Positions 26,142 to 35,703 of a stretch of DNA of 64,000 nucleotides are shown one piece after another. This stretch comes from a virus (lineage: Duplodnaviria; Heunggongvirae; Uroviricota; Caudoviricetes). Numbering within the stretch: position 1 is the stretch's first letter; every line of letters starts with the position of its first letter. The DNA lies in IMG/VR virus record IMGVR_UViG_3300034082_001974. The stretch is one strand, 5' to 3'. The notes under the pieces were generated by a model. That model was given only the letters and a program-made list of their open reading frames with translations, had not been told where the DNA came from and made no database searches. Made by a program: the position numbers and the translations under genes.

Positions 26142-26348
26142 TTAATTTGGGTCATTATAATGTTCAAGAATTGCCTTCGCCATCGCAATTACAAGGTCTT
26201 TACTTCCAATAGACAAGTCTTCTCGTGCTCCTTTATGACAAGCAGTCAGGAAAAGTCCGTCATCATCTAGTGTGACCTCTACACGCTCATTTTCAGTTGT
26301 GAATACATCAATTTTACTGCGGATTACATTAGACATTTCAGTTCTCAA
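26142..26348 (-). CDS. hypothetical protein (possible start at 26336)
   Basis: track ORF. Confidence 0.45.
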   Translation of the reverse strand: MRTEMSNVIRSKIDVFTTENERVEVTLDDDGLFLTACHKGAREDLSIGSKDLVIAMAKAILEHYNDPN

Positions 26349-26508
26349 ATTTCAGGTGATTACGGCAATACTCAAATCGTTTCCATTCCTCATCAGAAAA
26401 ATTGTCCGAAGCATAAGGAATACCTACGACATAAGCACAAACCTTGTTGAGTTTTTCGGATGGGTCGTTGCTTGATGCGATAAGAGCACTTGCAAGAAAT
26501 TCAATCAT
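26338..26508 (-). CDS. hypothetical small protein (~56 aa)
   Basis: manual ORF; element 26578-26603 and TGCTATAAT box upstream; TGAAATG junction. Confidence 0.4.
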   Translation of the reverse strand: MIEFLASALIASSNDPSEKLNKVCAYVVGIPYASDNFSDEEWKRFEYCRNHLKFEN

Positions 26509-26577
26509 TTTGGATGGGTGGTTCCTTTGCGGTTATGAAGTCATTATAGCAGAAAACACACCACACCCGAAGGTGTA

Positions 26578-26603
26578 GTGTGCCGGTTCTTAAAGCGTCA
26601 CTT
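26578..26603 (-). promoter_or_regulatory. conserved intergenic element
   Basis: copy 12. Confidence 0.6.
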
Positions 26604-27416
26604 GCTAGTGAAAACACCGTCAGAAAGTGAAAGGACGTTAGCACCGTTGATAAGAATCTTCTGAATGCTACCATTCTTCATTGCTTCACGCAAAATTTCA
26701 TTCTGCTGATACTTTAGATATTCTGGAGTGATGGTAGATGCAATAGACTTATTCTCATTTGCCTTCAGTTCAGCAGTTCGGTTCTTCACAATCTGCTCTC
26801 GTTCGGCAGATTGAGCAGTCACAACACGATTTACAGCATCCACCAAATCAGCAGGAAGGTCTGCTTTCACAACAACCACAGATTCAATCTGAATTTTACC
26901 CGCAAGGTCATTCTTCTCCAGAGACAGATTCAGGTTATTCTTAATAGTATCTTGTATCTTGTCAAGGGAACTATTTACTTCCAGAGCAGGATATTCATCA
27001 ACTGATTGATTGACCGCAGAAGTAATCAAACGCTTAATGAAAGTAGACATTAGTTCAATTTGACCATTATCACTAAAGGAATGATTAGAAGTATCATATC
27101 CACTATAAAACTCATAAAGTGATGATGGCGACAAACTATAAGTAACAACAACATCCATATCTTTCATAATGGTGTTGTCTTTAGTTTTTGGAGTTAGGTC
27201 ATTTGATTGAACTGTAATCTTTCGGGTGTTGAAGACCTTAATGCTACCAAAGCCGTCATAGTGAATTCCAGGCAAAAGAATTTCATTTGTTACTTGACCA
27301 CTGAAATTCGTATAAAGACCATTCTCACCAGTGCTAATCGTAGTGAATTGTCCAGCAGTAAATGCAAGAACAATCACACCAGCACCGATACCAATACCAA
27401 GTTTTGCGAGAGACAT
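26598..27416 (-). CDS. SPFH/band-7 (prohibitin/HflC-like) membrane protein
   Basis: N-terminal TM helix, SPFH-like core, C-terminal AQSAEREQIVKNRTAELKANEN coiled coil. Confidence 0.6.
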   Translation of the reverse strand: MSLAKLGIGIGAGVIVLAFTAGQFTTISTGENGLYTNFSGQVTNEILLPGIHYDGFGSIKVFNTRKITVQSNDLTPKTKDNTIMKDMDVVVTYSLSPSSLYEFYSGYDTSNHSFSDNGQIELMSTFIKRLITSAVNQSVDEYPALEVNSSLDKIQDTIKNNLNLSLEKNDLAGKIQIESVVVVKADLPADLVDAVNRVVTAQSAEREQIVKNRTAELKANENKSIASTITPEYLKYQQNEILREAMKNGSIQKILINGANVLSLSDGVFTSK

Positions 27417-27667
27417 AATTAAAAAAAAGTTAGTTAGTTAAGGAAAAAATCAATCAGAAGTTAAACCAGCGTAAATAAATGCTATTGCAACAAAAAGCAA
27501 AAGAGCGAGAGGAATCATTTTGAGAAAGAACAACACTGGAAGTCCTCTCAAAAGAAGAATGTAGAGTAGAGCAGATACTCCTACTAAAATACCAAGAATT
27601 CGTACTACCACATTGGAGTTTTCAAATCAACAAACATAGTATAGGGTGAATTGGTCGGTTATGCAAG

Positions 27668-27696
27668 GGGTCTTGTGCCAGTTCAACGAGTGGCAA
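27668..27696 (-). promoter_or_regulatory. conserved intergenic element
   Basis: copy 13. Confidence 0.55.
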
Positions 27697-27961
27697 CTTT
27701 TAAAATAATCACATCAAAAGTAGGAGTATCATATAATATAAAAACTGATGCTTTCACCAAAAACTTATCATCCAAAGTATGAATCACAAAGGTAAGAGGC
27801 CATGCTTCTTCCCATCCACATTTACCATAATAAAACAGTTTTGCCGCTTCTTCCACAATATCTTCAATTGTCTTATCATAAGGATTCAGAATTGAAAATC
27901 TCTCAAAATCAGAAGCAAGTTCTAAAATTGAAAACTTGTAGTGACGGTTAAGTGTTTTCAT
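27683..27961 (-). CDS. hypothetical protein
   Basis: track ORF; stop at element 27668-27696. Confidence 0.5.
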   Translation of the reverse strand: MKTLNRHYKFSILELASDFERFSILNPYDKTIEDIVEEAAKLFYYGKCGWEEAWPLTFVIHTLDDKFLVKASVFILYDTPTFDVIILKVATR

Positions 27962-28320
27962 TGATCTATGAGATGTTCCTCGGTAGTTATACTCACAATC
28001 GTATAATCACCAGTCGCAATCAACAAATTCGCAACAGCAATCGCCTTGGGCATCGTCTTATGATACTGCCAGCGTCGTTCCAGATCATTTTTGTAGTAGT
28101 AATCAATACGATACCGTGTAGTTTGTTCCACCCATTTATTTAAGTCCTTATCATAGGTTTTGCCCCTTGTAAGTTCGTCAATATTCAGAGTGGGTTCATT
28201 ATCACCATTCTCATTTTCCCAAAATTCATCATAGCATTCGCCGGGACATTGTGAGAATGATGGTTGGTCTTTAGTCATTTTCCAAAAATCCCCCAAATAA
28301 TATAAACAATCAAGTAGCAT
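27958..28320 (-). CDS. hypothetical protein
   Basis: track ORF. Confidence 0.5.
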   Translation of the reverse strand: MLLDCLYYLGDFWKMTKDQPSFSQCPGECYDEFWENENGDNEPTLNIDELTRGKTYDKDLNKWVEQTTRYRIDYYYKNDLERRWQYHKTMPKAIAVANLLIATGDYTIVSITTEEHLIDQ

Positions 28321-28405
28321 ATACCGACACCTAACGCAAACTTTGTGTCTTTAATTCCATGTACTATCCAGATGTTTGCAAGGATTAATAGGATTTGAGA
28401 ATTAG

Positions 28406-29065
28406 TCATTTGAGTTTCTCCATTAGAGCATCACGATAAGAATTATATCCATCATCCCAATCATCATCACCAACAACCCTAATAGCATCAGGCATCCACT
28501 CCATAAACATTTGAATAAACCTCTCTACTTCTTCTTCATAAAGTTCACTACTCCTATTCTTTGGATTTTCCCATTTAAAAGCGAAATTAAACTCCCATTT
28601 CTTAAGAAGGTTTTTGAGTGTTAGTGTTTCGGGTTCTTGTTCATCAAACACCCCATTTTGCTTTGCAGTCTTCATAGCATCTTTGAGACTTTTTTCAGTT
28701 TCTTCTGGAGTTTGAGGTTTAGGTTCCCAATTAGATTTCAGGAGTGTTTTTGGGTCAACATACCAATTGCTCTCTTTGAGTTTTTCTAGTGGAGTTGGTT
28801 GAAACTTACTCACTCTTTCTTCTTTTGCGGCATTATATCCCTGTTGGAAGGAAATCCAACTATCTTCATTACCAATAGTCCATACACCATTCTCACGACC
28901 TTTTGGGTAATGACCGTAAACTCTTTTGAATGCTTCTTTGCAAGGAGTTTTATGATTTTGAAGTTCTTCAAGAAAAGACAGTTTTGCTTCTAATACTTTG
29001 ATTTCTGCTTTTGTTTTTTCAATTTCTTGTGCTCCGATTTCTGCTTTTTCGTTTGGGAAAGTCAT
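28406..29065 (-). CDS. hypothetical coiled-coil protein
   Basis: track ORF; element 29124-29150 plus CCCTATAATACTCTCATACACA box upstream. Confidence 0.55.
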   Translation of the reverse strand: MTFPNEKAEIGAQEIEKTKAEIKVLEAKLSFLEELQNHKTPCKEAFKRVYGHYPKGRENGVWTIGNEDSWISFQQGYNAAKEERVSKFQPTPLEKLKESNWYVDPKTLLKSNWEPKPQTPEETEKSLKDAMKTAKQNGVFDEQEPETLTLKNLLKKWEFNFAFKWENPKNRSSELYEEEVERFIQMFMEWMPDAIRVVGDDDWDDGYNSYRDALMEKLK

Positions 29066-29123
29066 TTGAGGTCTTTGTGTGTATGAGAGTATTATAGGGC
29101 ATCAGGACACAAAGTTCAAGTGC

Positions 29124-29150
29124 CTCTGTGACGGTTCAAGGAGTGTCCTC
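29124..29150 (-). promoter_or_regulatory. conserved intergenic element
   Basis: copy 14. Confidence 0.6.
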
Positions 29151-29406
29151 AATAATCCGTATAAGTTTTCAGTTCTCCACACTTTTTACATCGTAGAGTG
29201 TATTTGGAACCAATGGGAAAGTGTTTTCCTGTTAAAATATCTTCAGGAGTAACCTCAAAATCAAATACTTTTTTCTTGCCTTCTATCTCCCATTCGTGAA
29301 AGCATCCAGTCAGTAGAAATTCAAGTAGTTTTTTCATCCTATGCGTTTCCAGGGTTCCGTAAATACAATCCAGTTTTCTATATTGTGGGACATTTGGGCA
29401 GTCCAA
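29149..29406 (-). CDS. hypothetical Cys-containing protein
   Basis: track ORF. Confidence 0.5.
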   Translation of the reverse strand: MDCPNVPQYRKLDCIYGTLETHRMKKLLEFLLTGCFHEWEIEGKKKVFDFEVTPEDILTGKHFPIGSKYTLRCKKCGELKTYTDY

Positions 29407-29497
29407 TGCTGATTATCAGTATCAATAGCATCAAGATAATGAATTCTAGTCTTGGGGTCAATTACACGAGTAATGTGTATGAATTTTGTTGGTTTAG

Positions 29498-29782
29498 TCA
29501 TTTAATCCTCTCAATTTCTGTAATGCGTTTCATAAAACTATCATCACCAAGATCGCCGGAGTACAAATAGTCAATTGCCCTCATAATTTCCGACATCTTA
29601 CGGAGATGGGGCACTTGCGTTTTGAGATATTCAATTACCTCTTCACTATGATTGGGAAACCAACCCTCATCATACCTTCCTTCAGGTTTCCCATTGACTA
29701 AAATTTCTTCTTGTAGTTCATCAGCAAACTGATATACTTTGTAGTATTCATAACCGTTGTCGTTAAAATGCCCACCAGACAT
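29498..29782 (-). CDS. hypothetical protein
   Basis: track ORF. Confidence 0.5.
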   Translation of the reverse strand: MSGGHFNDNGYEYYKVYQFADELQEEILVNGKPEGRYDEGWFPNHSEEVIEYLKTQVPHLRKMSEIMRAIDYLYSGDLGDDSFMKRITEIERIK

Positions 29783-29811
29783 AGAAAATCTCCTTTATGT
29801 ATAAATTTAGA

Positions 29812-30354
29812 TCAACCTTTATGATTTTTATCAAATGGTGCCTTGAAGTAATGATTTGCCGAACTATGAAATACAATTAAACCTTCAACATTCATAAAAC
29901 CAGGCGAGGCAAGAGAACCTTTTCCTTGGAGTTCATACATTAAGTGATTAATCACAGCAGTATCAAACTCTCCAGTATAAAGAGTAGGAACAACATAGCA
30001 ACATTCTGGTTTGTTTTCTTCATTCCAGATATTTACATTAAACAAGGAGAAACGCTTCTCACCTTTTGGAAGATTATAACCTCGTTGAATACCACTTCCC
30101 CACCATTCTCCGTGATGACGACCAGGACCAAGTTTCATCAGTTCGCTCTTATTTTCAGATGCCCAACGACGAAAACCAAAGTTGTCGGCATCCTCACTCA
30201 ACCAACGATTACGACTGCCGATAAACATATCTCCATCGTCAGTGATGTAGATAAGACCATTGGTTCCGTCAATCTTTTCGGTGACTACGCATTCTTTATG
30301 AAGACGGGGAATCTTGGGAAAGGGAATAAATTCAGGGTAAACAGTTAGACTCAT
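29812..30354 (-). CDS. Rnl2-family ATP-dependent RNA/nucleic-acid ligase, nucleotidyltransferase core only (180 aa)
   Basis: motif [10 protein letters not shown] (KxDGxN), motif IV-like EGLIVF, motif V-like KAPFDK; lacks C-terminal domain. Confidence 0.55.
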   Translation of the reverse strand: MSLTVYPEFIPFPKIPRLHKECVVTEKIDGTNGLIYITDDGDMFIGSRNRWLSEDADNFGFRRWASENKSELMKLGPGRHHGEWWGSGIQRGYNLPKGEKRFSLFNVNIWNEENKPECCYVVPTLYTGEFDTAVINHLMYELQGKGSLASPGFMNVEGLIVFHSSANHYFKAPFDKNHKG

Positions 30355-30676
30355 TAGTTTTGTCTCCTTTAAGTTGATTACAAGTGTAGCACATTGGTTG
30401 AAGATTTTCTAAATCATTTGACCCACCTTTTGATTTGGGGAAAATATGGTCTACAGTCAGTGGGAGAAAATCTTCAGTATAAACATCCCAGTGTTTGGAT
30501 TTACCTTTGTCTATTCCTCTTGCAAGAATAGTTCCTTCAATTCCACAGGAGACGCAGATACATCCTTTTTCAGCGAATACCTTCAGTCGTCTATGTGTTT
30601 TGAAAGGAGAATCTTGAAGAGATGAAATGTCTTTGATTGTATCCAGAGTGTATGAAAATTGTGGAATGAAAGTCAT
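30332..30676 (-). CDS. HNH endonuclease (small, zinc-finger type)
   Basis: [29 protein letters not shown] plus CxxC pairs. Confidence 0.7.
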   Translation of the reverse strand: MTFIPQFSYTLDTIKDISSLQDSPFKTHRRLKVFAEKGCICVSCGIEGTILARGIDKGKSKHWDVYTEDFLPLTVDHIFPKSKGGSNDLENLQPMCYTCNQLKGDKTNESNCLP

Positions 30677-30700
30677 TGAGGGTGCGTTCTTACCCTACTA

Positions 30701-30946
30701 TCATATGGCATCCTGTGAGGCAGTGGAGTCGTCTTGGGACAGTTCTTCAAGTGTCTTTTTGATTTCTTTGAGATTATTCAGGTGTTGCTTTTTCTCTTCC
30801 AAATCAGATTGTAGTTGTGACCTGAACTGATATTCAGATTTATGAATGGGTTCGTAGTTTATTTCTTCCTTAAGGTCAAGAGAAAGTTCTTCCAAGTATG
30901 ATTCAAATTCTTCTATGATATGATTGAGAGTATTAAGGGGTTTCAT
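30701..30946 (-). CDS. hypothetical coiled-coil protein
   Basis: track ORF. Confidence 0.5.
   Translation of the reverse strand: MKPLNTLNHIIEEFESYLEELSLDLKEEINYEPIHKSEYQFRSQLQSDLEEKKQHLNNLKEIKKTLEELSQDDSTASQDAI
30732..30757 (-). promoter_or_regulatory. conserved intergenic element
   Basis: copy 15. Confidence 0.55.
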
Positions 30947-31176
30947 TCAACGTAATAGATTTTTTCTTTTGGTTTTCCAATTTGACGATTCAGAAACTTA
31001 CGAGCACTTTCAATCGTCTCAAACTCTATTTTCTTTGGAAACATATTAAATTCCATAAAAGGAAACCAAAAAAAGATAAACTTTCGCTCTTGAGGAACAA
31101 AAACCATATTACCACTGATATTTTGTTGTTCTATGATCCGATGAGCTTTGAGCATTATCCCACAACACGAACACAA
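30943..31176 (-). CDS. hypothetical protein
   Basis: track ORF. Confidence 0.45.
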   Translation of the reverse strand: MCSCCGIMLKAHRIIEQQNISGNMVFVPQERKFIFFWFPFMEFNMFPKKIEFETIESARKFLNRQIGKPKEKIYYVE

Positions 31177-31469
31177 ACACTAGCTCGTCCTTGATCCACA
31201 GATGCAATTTTAGAAAATGCCCCATAGCTTAGATCAATTCCAGCACCAGAATCATAAGGACCACGATCATTTACTGTCACATATACTTGTCGCCCATTAT
31301 CTTGATTCGTAACCCGGAGACGAGTTCCCATACGATAATAAGGATGAGCAGCAGTATTTGCATAAGCATTAAAGGTCCTTCCTGATGCAGTGACTTGACC
31401 ATGAAATCCGTCACCAACACCATAAAAAGTAGCAATAGTGCAAGTAAGTCCAGCAATCAAAGTAATCAT
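31155..31469 (-). CDS. RlpA-like double-psi beta-barrel (DPBB) protein with N-terminal TM/signal segment
   Basis: GQVTASGRTFN...AHPY...GTRLRVTN...NGRQVYVTVNDRGPY...GIDLSYGAF matches RlpA/3D-domain signature. Confidence 0.55.
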   Translation of the reverse strand: MITLIAGLTCTIATFYGVGDGFHGQVTASGRTFNAYANTAAHPYYRMGTRLRVTNQDNGRQVYVTVNDRGPYDSGAGIDLSYGAFSKIASVDQGRASVCVRVVG

Positions 31470-31522
31470 AAAAATTTAAGTCTCCTTTAGTTTAGTTTTA
31501 TGTTTTGGACGTTGTTGATTTA

Positions 31523-31873
31523 TCAGAGATGTTCTTCAATCAGTTGTGCGATTTCTTCAAATGTTTTGCCGGCATCATTCAACTCAGCAAGGGATAATTC
31601 TTCTTTAATAAGTGGATTTGGCATATCAAGACCCGCCCATTTTTTCACAGATTCAGGAAGAGTAATGGATGCCTCATCAAAATAGTAATAAGTAAATGGA
31701 ATCGCATCTTCGGTAAGTTGAATAATCCATTTATTGCCAGTTTGTTTTGCATAAACATCACACAATACACCAAGACAACAGAATCCGTTAGGAGACCGAA
31801 GATTTCCTTGTGTTTGACTGTATTCGTTGGATCGTAGAGCAGTGACCCATTGTTGCTTGATTTGTGAATTCAT
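31523..31873 (-). CDS. hypothetical protein
   Basis: track ORF. Confidence 0.5.
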   Translation of the reverse strand: MNSQIKQQWVTALRSNEYSQTQGNLRSPNGFCCLGVLCDVYAKQTGNKWIIQLTEDAIPFTYYYFDEASITLPESVKKWAGLDMPNPLIKEELSLAELNDAGKTFEEIAQLIEEHL

Positions 31874-31889
31874 TTTAATAAGTTTCAGT

Positions 31890-32153
31890 TTAATTTACTA
31901 ATAGCAGGAAGGCATCCAAGATCTTTCGCATCTTAGACTTTGGTTTCTCATATGGTCTCTGTTCCCATTCAAGACCATCGGGACCACATTTACCATCTGA
32001 TTTTCTTAGTTTTTCACAGTCTTCTCTCCATGTAGTAACTTCACCTTTCACATAATCAGTTGTATCATATGTGAATTTACCACACCAGGCAAAATAGATA
32101 GTATCTGGATTGATACAGTGCTTGCAAGTAATGCAGGATTTGATTTCAGACAT
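31890..32153 (-). CDS. hypothetical Cys-rich protein
   Basis: track ORF; element 32207-32232 plus TATACTAAACAAGTCAACCAAACA leader. Confidence 0.5.
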   Translation of the reverse strand: MSEIKSCITCKHCINPDTIYFAWCGKFTYDTTDYVKGEVTTWREDCEKLRKSDGKCGPDGLEWEQRPYEKPKSKMRKILDAFLLLVN

Positions 32154-32173
32154 GATGTGTTTGGTTGACTTGT

Positions 32174-32473
32174 TTAGTATAGGATGTCTTGATCGTCTGT
32201 GAGAGACCCTTGTGCCAGTTGATCAGGTGACCTCTTGGCATTCATTTCATCTTCAATTTTACCACGCTCATAGCATCCACTCAGGTACAGTGGAGCAACC
32301 AGAATGCCCATAAGTCCAGCACCACTCGCAAAACCCCTAATATCATTACTCTTATTCAGTCCTGCAAGTCCACCCATAAGAAGAAATGCGATGAGAAGAG
32401 CAGTACCTGGATGATCACCACAGGAATCAAGATGTCCAATTCCTTTGATTGTGCGACGAATTGTTTGAATCAT
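32174..32473 (-). CDS. hypothetical membrane protein
   Basis: track ORF; hydrophobic. Confidence 0.45.
   Translation of the reverse strand: MIQTIRRTIKGIGHLDSCGDHPGTALLIAFLLMGGLAGLNKSNDIRGFASGAGLMGILVAPLYLSGCYERGKIEDEMNAKRSPDQLAQGSLTDDQDILY
32207..32232 (-). promoter_or_regulatory. conserved intergenic element
   Basis: copy 16. Confidence 0.55.
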
Positions 32474-32982
32474 TTGTTATCAGGAACGATGTCGATTTGT
32501 TCAAAAATACCGATACAAATATCACTCAAAAGATTTTCATCCATTTGTCCCATTCGTTCAATCAAAAACCTATTGATTACACTCACCGTAGTTTCAATAT
32601 ATTCTTCATCAGTTTCAATATACTTTACTGCCTCGCCAAGAAGAGCATCGGCAAGTTTGGCAATCGTAGCGTCAGAGAGTTGTTGAGTCATTGCTTTTTG
32701 AGGTTGTTTGAGTTCAATTTTTACAATATCAAGTAGAGACCGTTGCATACTTAGGTCATTAATACCTTCTTGAGTATAAGTAAAAGGTTGACCGCAAGGA
32801 TGTTCAAAACAATATGAATATGAGTGTGCACCATATTTTTTGATTGTCGTCACATACTCTTCATCATTACGAAGAGTAATATAAACTTCCTTATTAACGA
32901 ACTCTTCAAGATTAATCATTTGTTTTTTGTTGTTGTTATTATTTTTATATTCAATTATCTGCATACTGCCAATCACAACCAC
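32470..32982 (-). CDS. hypothetical protein (N-terminal MINLEEFVNKEVYITLRN domain paralogous to 13004..13501)
   Basis: track ORF. Confidence 0.5.
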   Translation of the reverse strand: MVVIGSMQIIEYKNNNNNKKQMINLEEFVNKEVYITLRNDEEYVTTIKKYGAHSYSYCFEHPCGQPFTYTQEGINDLSMQRSLLDIVKIELKQPQKAMTQQLSDATIAKLADALLGEAVKYIETDEEYIETTVSVINRFLIERMGQMDENLLSDICIGIFEQIDIVPDNK

Positions 32983-33391
32983 CAGGAGTGACTACAGTTT
33001 CATTTCCGTCATACTCATCAATTTTGTATATTCCATCAACTTCCTCAATTTGAAGGTCCGCATGATCACCATTTGCTTTCTTTCCAAGTTCTTCTACAAC
33101 TTGAATTAGAGCAGGATCATGACGAGAGACATTCATATAATACCAAGTTTGCTCAGAGTGTGCTTTATTATAAGCAACCCGTTCATCCATAGACATAGCA
33201 CAGAACTCGTTTGAGCTTTTATGTTTGATACGTTCTGCAGGAGAAACTAACCAAACAGTAAACATACCCATGATTTTAGGTTTATTGTCTTCAATCCAAA
33301 CTTGTTGCCCTTTGATGTCCCAATAACGTTGACATGCTTCTTTGCTGAGACCGAAACCACCGTAGCAGTTGTTGTAAACGACTTTTGCCAT
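32951..33391 (-). CDS. hypothetical protein
   Basis: track ORF; element 33448-33473 plus CCCTATACTAT box. Confidence 0.55.
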   Translation of the reverse strand: MAKVVYNNCYGGFGLSKEACQRYWDIKGQQVWIEDNKPKIMGMFTVWLVSPAERIKHKSSNEFCAMSMDERVAYNKAHSEQTWYYMNVSRHDPALIQVVEELGKKANGDHADLQIEEVDGIYKIDEYDGNETVVTPGGCDWQYADN

Positions 33392-33446
33392 GAGTGCTGT
33401 ATGTGTACTTTAATAGTATAGGGTGAATTGAATCAGTTGTCAGTGG

Positions 33447-33647
33447 TCAGTGTGCCAGTTCAATAAGTGTCACATCATAATCCTGCCAGTGAGAGGTGAA
33501 GTAGTTATAATGACTGTCAACGTCTTTTTGATTCATTTCAAGTTCTTTACCCCATCGCTTACACAACCAGTTATTCTCAACGATTAGATAAAACTCATAA
33601 GTCTCTTCATTCTCAAAATCTTTAACTTTGAAGGATTGAGTAATCAT
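33447..33647 (-). CDS. hypothetical protein
   Basis: track ORF. Confidence 0.45.
   Translation of the reverse strand: MITQSFKVKDFENEETYEFYLIVENNWLCKRWGKELEMNQKDVDSHYNYFTSHWQDYDVTLIELAH
33448..33473 (-). promoter_or_regulatory. conserved intergenic element
   Basis: copy 17. Confidence 0.55.
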
Positions 33648-33850
33648 AGTGCTGGTTCAATTCCGTTATCAAGAAAAACATAATCATACCTTTCGCCGTA
33701 TTCTTCACAGAGAGATGCAATCGTATTCTTTCTCATAAATCTACGAGACATTGCTTCTTCGGCAAGTTTGTAAATTTCGTTGTAGTCCAGGTCTTTGCAA
33801 ACTTCTTGAGAAAGAAACTTTGCGAGTTTAAGAGATACTTCAGTACTCAT
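33644..33850 (-). CDS. hypothetical protein
   Basis: track ORF. Confidence 0.45.
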   Translation of the reverse strand: MSTEVSLKLAKFLSQEVCKDLDYNEIYKLAEEAMSRRFMRKNTIASLCEEYGERYDYVFLDNGIEPAL

Positions 33851-34034
33851 TCAAAACCTCCTTATACCTTTTAACTTCGTGATTGCATTTGCTACAGTGA
33901 AGAACCCCATCCCAGTCATCGTGAATACTGGTTTCTTTGTAGTATCCTTCATCACATTTCTCACAATCTTTTTCCATACGGTCAATGTGAGTATAAAAAT
34001 CCAGTTGCTGTTCTGGGTTCATCATTCTCCCCAC
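33840..34034 (-). CDS. hypothetical zinc-finger protein
   Basis: track ORF; CxxC...CxxC. Confidence 0.45.
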   Translation of the reverse strand: MGRMMNPEQQLDFYTHIDRMEKDCEKCDEGYYKETSIHDDWDGVLHCSKCNHEVKRYKEVLNEY

Positions 34035-34279
34035 CCTTCAAAGTATTCTGTAAAGAAACCAAATGCTAAACCAAATTTGTATTGTTGAAAATCTACACTA
34101 AAAAGAGAAGAACCGAAAAAAGAAAACAAGATGTTAATACCACCAGAAGAATGAATTATACCACCAGGAGTTTCATAATTTACCCAAAGTAGTGCTCGGT
34201 TCTTGATAATACCAAACTGCAAAGTGCGATCTACTTCACCATTAGTCCAAATTTTCTTATCAAATTGAAAGAGTTGCAT
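34022..34279 (-). CDS. hypothetical protein (start trimmed)
   Basis: track ORF 34022..34375 overlaps neighbour; TGAAATG junction at 34279. Confidence 0.4.
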   Translation of the reverse strand: MQLFQFDKKIWTNGEVDRTLQFGIIKNRALLWVNYETPGGIIHSSGGINILFSFFGSSLFSVDFQQYKFGLAFGFFTEYFEGWGE

Positions 34280-34280
34280 T

Positions 34281-34574
34281 TCAATATTCCTCAATAAAAA
34301 TGTAACCAACACCACCACAGGTTTCGCAAGGATAAAGATAACATTCACCCCAAGAATACTCTGGGTAATCATCAACTACGAAGTTTGTAGCAAATACTTC
34401 ACTAACATCTTTAAAATCTTCCAGTTCGTTAGGGTCGTCTGCTGAAACATAATGAAGTGTCCAAGATTTTCCGTGAGTTTCGCAATCAGGGCACTTACGA
34501 ATTTCTGTTACACCTTTAATGATGTTACGAAGTTCATCTGCGTCAAGCGTAATTCCGTTTTCAGAGCGTTGCAT
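34281..34574 (-). CDS. hypothetical Cys-containing protein
   Basis: track ORF. Confidence 0.5.
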   Translation of the reverse strand: MQRSENGITLDADELRNIIKGVTEIRKCPDCETHGKSWTLHYVSADDPNELEDFKDVSEVFATNFVVDDYPEYSWGECYLYPCETCGGVGYIFIEEY

Positions 34575-34576
34575 TA

Positions 34577-34837
34577 TCAGTGAGAAAAATAAAGAACTTG
34601 GTCTAGAACATCTTGAATACCTTGTTCGGTGGTAATCAAGTTTGCGGCGACTTTAGATTTGAGATAAGTGTTTGGAGTTTGAATCCAGTGCCTCATCGCA
34701 TCATAATCCCCACCGCACAATGAGTAAAGATGCTTAAAGATTTCAAGAAACTTTACATCATCATACCAATCGGTGACTCCTAAAATTTCACCTGCCTTTC
34801 CAGCAGACTTTTGAAGTAGGTGTTTATCAGAAATCAT
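34577..34837 (-). CDS. hypothetical protein
   Basis: track ORF. Confidence 0.5.
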   Translation of the reverse strand: MISDKHLLQKSAGKAGEILGVTDWYDDVKFLEIFKHLYSLCGGDYDAMRHWIQTPNTYLKSKVAANLITTEQGIQDVLDQVLYFSH

Positions 34838-35703
34838 ACTCGAAATCCGTGTTGTTGTGCTTGGGCGATGATGTTCTCGTAGGAATGAGAAGTCAACTCA
34901 ATATCTCGGTCATACAGAAAATCCTCTGCGTCTTCTGCAAGAGTTTCTTTAGAAACTTTAAGAATACCTTTTTCCAAGTATCCATAATCCCTTGATTCAG
35001 TCACAGATTTAGTTTTCCCACAAACATCGCACTTTCCTGTCCAATGTGAAGAACAACCGACAGAATATTCACCATACTTAGTTCCACATTGGTTACATAC
35101 TTGATATGCTTCTTGAAGAGTCTTCGCAGTAACCGAAGTTTCTGTAGGAAATTCTACGAACATAGGCATAGCATCCAGTTCCTCATCAGTATACTGTGGA
35201 TTATCAGGATTCTGAGTAAGGGAAAGTCGTGCTTCAAGATCTTTGATTTTGGAGAGTGATTCCTCATAAGTTTCCATCAACGATACATAATCTTTACTAC
35301 TATACAACTGCTTATCTTGCAGTTCGTATTCTTCCATCAGTTTATCCAGATACATCTTTTCGTTAGAATCGCTGAAAGCAAGACGACAGGCACCGTCCAT
35401 AATACTGTATTCGGCAAATCCAACAGCACGAAGAAAACCCCGGAAGAGATCATAATATTGATGCACATTTAGATCTTGTGCAGGTGCCTCAATCGTGATT
35501 GTATGCTTATCAACGATTTCTGGGAAATACTTACTCGGAGTTGATTCGGAATCGTTGACGTAAGAAAACTGGACTTTTGCGTTGTAGGACATAATGAGTT
35601 GCGTTTCAATGTAGTTACTATAAAACCCTTGACGGCAAAAGTCAAGGGTTAGTGGGCGGTTCAGAAACTGTCTACTCTCCCCAATACTCATAAAGAAATC
35701 CAT
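34834..35703 (-). CDS. hypothetical protein with C-terminal zinc-ribbon (CNQCG...CDVCG)
   Basis: track ORF 289 aa. Confidence 0.55.
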   Translation of the reverse strand: MDFFMSIGESRQFLNRPLTLDFCRQGFYSNYIETQLIMSYNAKVQFSYVNDSESTPSKYFPEIVDKHTITIEAPAQDLNVHQYYDLFRGFLRAVGFAEYSIMDGACRLAFSDSNEKMYLDKLMEEYELQDKQLYSSKDYVSLMETYEESLSKIKDLEARLSLTQNPDNPQYTDEELDAMPMFVEFPTETSVTAKTLQEAYQVCNQCGTKYGEYSVGCSSHWTGKCDVCGKTKSVTESRDYGYLEKGILKVSKETLAEDAEDFLYDRDIELTSHSYENIIAQAQQHGFRV

